Below are positions 58,901-64,000 of a stretch of 64,000 nucleotides of DNA, in pieces; positions within the stretch are counted from its first letter, which is position 1; each line of letters opens with the position of its first letter. Source of the DNA: Thalia democratica (taxonomy: Eukaryota); assembly GCA_965202585.1 (NCBI GenBank), contig OZ241829.1, positions 28,954,001-29,018,000 on the forward strand. The letters are read 5' to 3'. Below the pieces are notes generated by a model. That model searched no databases. It saw only the letters and a program-made list of their open reading frames with translations, and was not told the DNA's origin. The position numbers and the translations under genes were made by a program.

Positions 58901-61900
58901 ACTTACTTAAAACGAAGACTCTACAATTAGTTTTTGTTTTATTCTACTAAACATTTTAGTTGTAAGCATCAATTGCTTGAAAAGCCTTAGAGGTCTCGTA
59001 AATGAGTAAAAAATTCCAAATTAAACTTTTAACAGTTGATTTACTTGACAAATGCAAAAGTAACTATTTAAGTTTATAAAAAAAAACCACACCTAAAGTT
59101 TGTTCAAAAAAGTAATTTTCCTGTGTAAATGTTTAATGCACGAAAAAAAAAACGAGTATACTGCAGTATTTAGTCTTTACCTTTTCAAATAAAGTTAAAA
59201 CCAACATCGCAAAGTAGTTTTTAAACACACTCTGAAAACTTTTGCAAATAATTGCTGTTGAAATTTGTTATTCGAAAAAATGTAAAATAGTTTTCTAAAA
59301 TTAAAAAAAGGTTGAGCAAATATACCGAATAGTTTAAGAACGAGTAGGTGTATACTTGATGGGGTTGACAGTTTCTTTCTTTAGGTTGTCCTAAAAACTT
59401 TTTGTTTCAATTTTGAGTACTCTTAGTTTGAACAGTTATTACTAAATAGTACATAAGAACTTAAACTTACTTTAGCAGCTGTGTACCAAAGTTTTTCATG
59501 TGATTTTTTCTCTAACTACTGTTAAAGTATACTACTATAAAAGACATATTAAAATGATTTGTTGCTGTTGTTAAAAAAACTACTAGACTAGTATTTTCTA
59601 ATGTGTTTGTAGACAAAAAGAGTTAGATATTCATATAAAAAAGTAACTTTAGATTATGTAGTATTTTTTTACAATAAAAAACTCAGCTTGTTAACCTTAG
59701 GACTAGTCTTTTTGAAACAGTATAATAAAATAAATTTAAGAATATAAGATCGGACAGAACTTTTTGTTTGGAACTTAAACCGAGTCCAGTTATATTTTTC
59801 TTAAATAAACCAAAAAAATATAGCCAGCTAGTTTTTTCAGTCAATAGTGTTTTAAATTAGAATAATAACGCTAATCATTATAAACAAATTTTCTCTTATA
59901 TTAACATTTACTGAGACTTATCTTAAAGCAGATGCCCATACAATAATATTTTTTGATATATAACATTTTTCATTGTATTACAAAATTTTGATTGATGAAT
60001 GAAGATAAAACTTTATTAGCTAAAACTTTTCGATATTCAAAGCATGTTAATGTAAAGAAACACGTTTGAAACAATATTTTTTATATTAAGAAAATTTAAC
60101 TGAGTAAAACGTCTAAAAAGTCTATCAATCATCTAATTTCTGCATACTTTTTATTTTAAAAAGATGGTTGAACCATGTATCCTATATTAAACTATAATCT
60201 ATTGAAATTAGAAACTTATGTGTAAAAGGAAAACTAAAACTAAATGAATAAATCAACAAATATTTCAGTATTAAAAAGTATTAAAAAGGTTAAAGCAAAC
60301 TTTTTTATTAGCTTGTAGTAACAATAGCCGCTTTGTAAAAAAAGTATATATGAAGCTAAAAAGCTAAAAAATCCATTTTACAATCTTTCGTCCTAACATT
60401 TTTAATTTAATTGTTATAAAAAAGCACACTAGTGCAAAATAGTAGTTCTAAAAGTTTCAAAACATGTGTTCAGCAGACCATTAACAAACTATTTTTTGTT
60501 CAGACTGTGTGGTACCGTCCTGTTAATTCGTAACTTTTTTGAAAAAGTTAGATTAAGTTAAAATAAAGTACTATAAAACTTTTTGTCTTCCGAATATATT
60601 ACTTTGTTAGTTTGAAACCTTTTTTAAAGCTTTTTTATTTCGTTAGTTCTTAAATTTGAGTTGGCGGTTTTTATTTTTCTTCGGTTATTAAGAAAACATA
60701 CTTTATCCATTTTTAAAACAGTTTGAATAAAGCATTTTTTCTACGTTTTTATTTATTGTTTCATTAATGTCTAGTATAATAAAATAAATATTGAAATAAA
60801 ATTAGCTGTAACTTTTGTAGTTTTCATTTATTTTACTAACATGAAAATCAATCAAACTATATCTTAACAACCTTTAGTATCATTCAAAGCCTTTTTTTTC
60901 GAGTAAAAAATGAAACTACTTGTGTATAGTAAATTGTAAGTTTAGATACAGTAAAGTTTTACATAATAAAAGAAAGAAAGTTTAATAAAAGATTATACTC
61001 AACAAAAAATGAGTAGGTGTGAGTTTTATACTTAACTAAGTTCTATGCTCTCAGCACAAAAGTCAGTTTATTTCAAACCATTTAGTTTCATCATGAATAT
61101 TTTTTTAGTTTGAACAGTAACTACTTTAAGTTTAACATATTTTAAACTTGTATTTTACAGCAGTGTAGCTAGTGTACTTATTTTGTTTTATAAAGTTTGT
61201 GTTTTAAACTAGTTCATTAGTTTTTTTTTTATTTAACCTGTATATTTTTTAATAGTTTGTTACTATTTTCAAAAACCTTATTTTATCTTGACAAGTAAGT
61301 AGTACGTTTTCGTTTGTTGTTTCTGATTAAAATGAGTAATGCAGTTTCAATAAAAACGTTTTACTTTAGTCTTACTTGCAATACTAGCTATTCTATAGTT
61401 ATAAAAATAAAATTATAAAAGAGTTTTATTATTCTGTTTAATATTTATAAATAAATTTTAAAAACTAACTATTGCTAAGACAGACATTTTTATTGTGATT
61501 TTGTTCTGGTTTACAATCTATTTCAATCAAATTCTATAAATACAGTCGAAAAGATTTTTAAACATTAATAATAACTTAGATAAGAGTAATGACTATTTTT
61601 TTATTTTTCCTAATAGCTTGCGTTTTTCTTATGTATTTACTGAGGCTAAGCTTACTGCAAGAGTTTTTTACAAATTAAAGGGTTATAAAATGGTATCAAG
61701 CATTTAATTTTAGCTAATTTTAATTTTCATTCTAGCTTTACAGTCTAAAATGCAAATATTTTCAAGTTTTAACTATATTTTGTTTTTACATACTTTTAAT
61801 AGTGTTTTATTTAATTTAGCTGATGATAAAGTGTTTCGGTGCTTTTAGTTTTATTGTAAATATTTCTGTTAGTAATTTCTTATTACTTTATTAGTTTGTT

Positions 61901-63428
61901 AGAACTTTAGTGTATTCAAAATTACTGTGGCCCGTTAAAAACTTCTAGTTAGTGTTGCCGTTACTTACTTGCTTGCCAATATTAATGAATAAAGAAGATC
62001 AAAAACTAACTATTTTTAAGAAAACAAAAAATGTATGCACTATATTTAACTTCTGAATTTCTGTTTTAGTTTTTCTTTTGTAAAATTTCTTAAATTTTAT
62101 GTTGTTGAGTCAAGTTGTCTGGACTTAGCTTAGAAAAACTATAATTTTATTAGATAAACAATACAATATGTACTTTTTTTTCATTTAATCTCTTATAAGT
62201 TTTGTTGAGTGTAAAGTTTAAAAACTTAACCAAAGAAAGACTATATTTGTCGAAATTAAAACATTTTTATGTTAAAGCTTGTTTTCAAAAACTTTCAAAC
62301 TTTAAGTGTAAAAATTAACCTGTAAAAGTACTACTTTAAGACAACTAACAGCTGAAAGTTTTAAAACTTTACAATCAAGTTTAAAAACTTTCAAGATTTA
62401 AAATTAATCGAAGTCATTTCTTTAAAGTTGAAAATAAATGCAAACTTAAAACAGCAGCACGGGCTTGAAGTACATTCTAAAAAAAAAAACTTCAAAAATT
62501 TAGTTATATTTTTATCACATGGTTAACGTGCTTCAAGTATTTTAACTTAATAAAAGTATTGCAAAAATAAAGAACGTTTAATCAAAAGACAATCGAGGTA
62601 ATTTTCGTTTTTTTATTTATGAAAGCTTTTTTTTTATATTATCTTTAAAATTAGAGTTTAGTGAATTTGTTTTTATGATGACTAAAACTGTTTTCATGTT
62701 TATTTTAATAGAACTTCATTTTATTGAATTGATAAAAGAAGCGTAAGTTTACTGAATAAACTCTTCACACATTGAGTTTTATCTTTTCCACTGTTTTGCT
62801 ATTTTAAAATTAAGAGCTTTTTTAAACCTACCGCAAAAACAACATATTGCGAGGTTCAATACTTAGAGCGTAAAAATAGACAGAAACATTTTTTTTATTC
62901 GATTGAGCTTAATATTTCTAAGAGTTTATTTGAATGTTTTCATAACAGCCTAGGTTTGAAACTTAAAAAACAGTACCCTTTTTTTATTGTCTTTTACAGA
63001 AGTTAACCTTTTATAAAAGAGATGTTGCTATCGTTTGTTTTCTTTGACTTTGTTTTAAAAGAACTTGATGAGCTTGTAAAGAACATGTATTGAAAAGCAC
63101 TCAAAGAAAATTATTTGTTTACGGTTTGTACATTGCAGTACACGTTTTCATTAGAAGATTTTTTTCACAGGCTAAAATTAAGAAGTAAGTGTATGTTTAT
63201 AAAAATAAGTTAAATGTTCAATGATAACTATTTTCAAATTTAGTACACTAGTAGTAAGTTTAAAATGTTATCAGCTTCATTAGAATGTGTTTATCTAGTT
63301 AAGTATAAAAAAAATAAATTTAACTACAAAAAGTATACCTACCTATGCTACGTAATATGCAGTTTTAAACAATTTTGTTGATGAAAAAAAGTACAAACAT
63401 TTAAGTTTTAGTCAACATAAAAAAATAT

Positions 63429-63497
63429 TACAGTGCTTATTCACTTACCCTGACTTCACTTATCCGGACGCTCACTTATCTGGACAGTTTCGGTCAG
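63429..63497 (+). mobile_element. pogo/Tigger-like (Tc1/mariner) transposon end
   Basis: TA+CAGTG followed by three copies of tcactta(c/t)c(c/t)(t/g)gac at 63441, 63456 and 63472; partner end not seen. Confidence 0.5.
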
Positions 63498-64000
63498 AAG
63501 AAAGTTCAAAAAAATTACTATAGTAAACACAAAAATTCATTCAAAAAGTTTCACATATATAAAACTATAAAACAAACATCTTTTATTTCTTACTCTAGTA
63601 AAACTTCTAATAAAAACTAGTTTGTTAGGAGTGATATGTTTCCGTTAAACTGACTTTAAACTTAGTCAAAGTTTCTTGTTTTGTTAATGTCTGTTTTTTT
63701 TTTCTTTGTTTAAATTTTTTTTTCATTTAAAGAGATAGGTTTACATTATTTTTCGTTTTAAAAGATAAATTTAATTTATATTTTCTCTTAAACATTTTTT
63801 TTTTAAATTAATAGTTAGTGCAGGTGGAATTGCAAATGATAAATTTTACTTGCGTGACCCTCAAAAAACGTATATAGTTGCACGGGGTTAGTAAGTCTGA
63901 TATTTTTCTACCTTAGAAAAAACAAATTAATTAACCTTAAGTTTAGCTTTTATTACTAATCATTTTATTATATATTACTCATAATTACTATGTGTTTGTT

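Noticed and set aside
1-64000. CRISPR arrays, rRNA or tRNA genes, prokaryotic operons
   Set aside because: None seen; the window is intron-rich eukaryotic DNA.

Overview
Very AT-rich eukaryotic (metazoan) genomic DNA, standard genetic code, canonical GT-AG introns. An invertebrate chordate such as a tunicate is my guess, not demonstrated. Main content: (1) A complete 24-exon integrin alpha subunit gene on the minus strand, 1478-25146. I assembled it by hand into one uninterrupted 3285-nt CDS (1094 aa): signal peptide, 7-blade FG-GAP propeller without I-domain, thigh/calf domains, furin site, TM, GFFKR tail; it resembles the laminin-receptor (PS1/alpha3-6-7) clade. (2) A single-exon RING-finger ORF with a +1 frameshift and a W>R change (31026-31316, minus). 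(3) A tandem pair of unrecognised small paralogous genes with identical exon sizes (54+170 nt) and many synonymous differences (36.8-44.4 kb, minus). (4) A three-exon secreted Ly6/uPAR (three-finger)-like protein with a His-rich loop (49418-51899, plus). (5) MITE/foldback elements, a decayed Penelope-like element and a pogo/Tigger-like end. The most unusual signals are inside the integrin gene. Exon codon usage is sharply bimodal (GC3 about 90% versus 14-35%). At least eight GC-rich exons have short diverged direct-repeat 'ghost' copies of their own boundaries 58-284 bp away in the adjacent intron; several exons are bracketed on both sides, and one ghost looks like a working 17-nt microexon.
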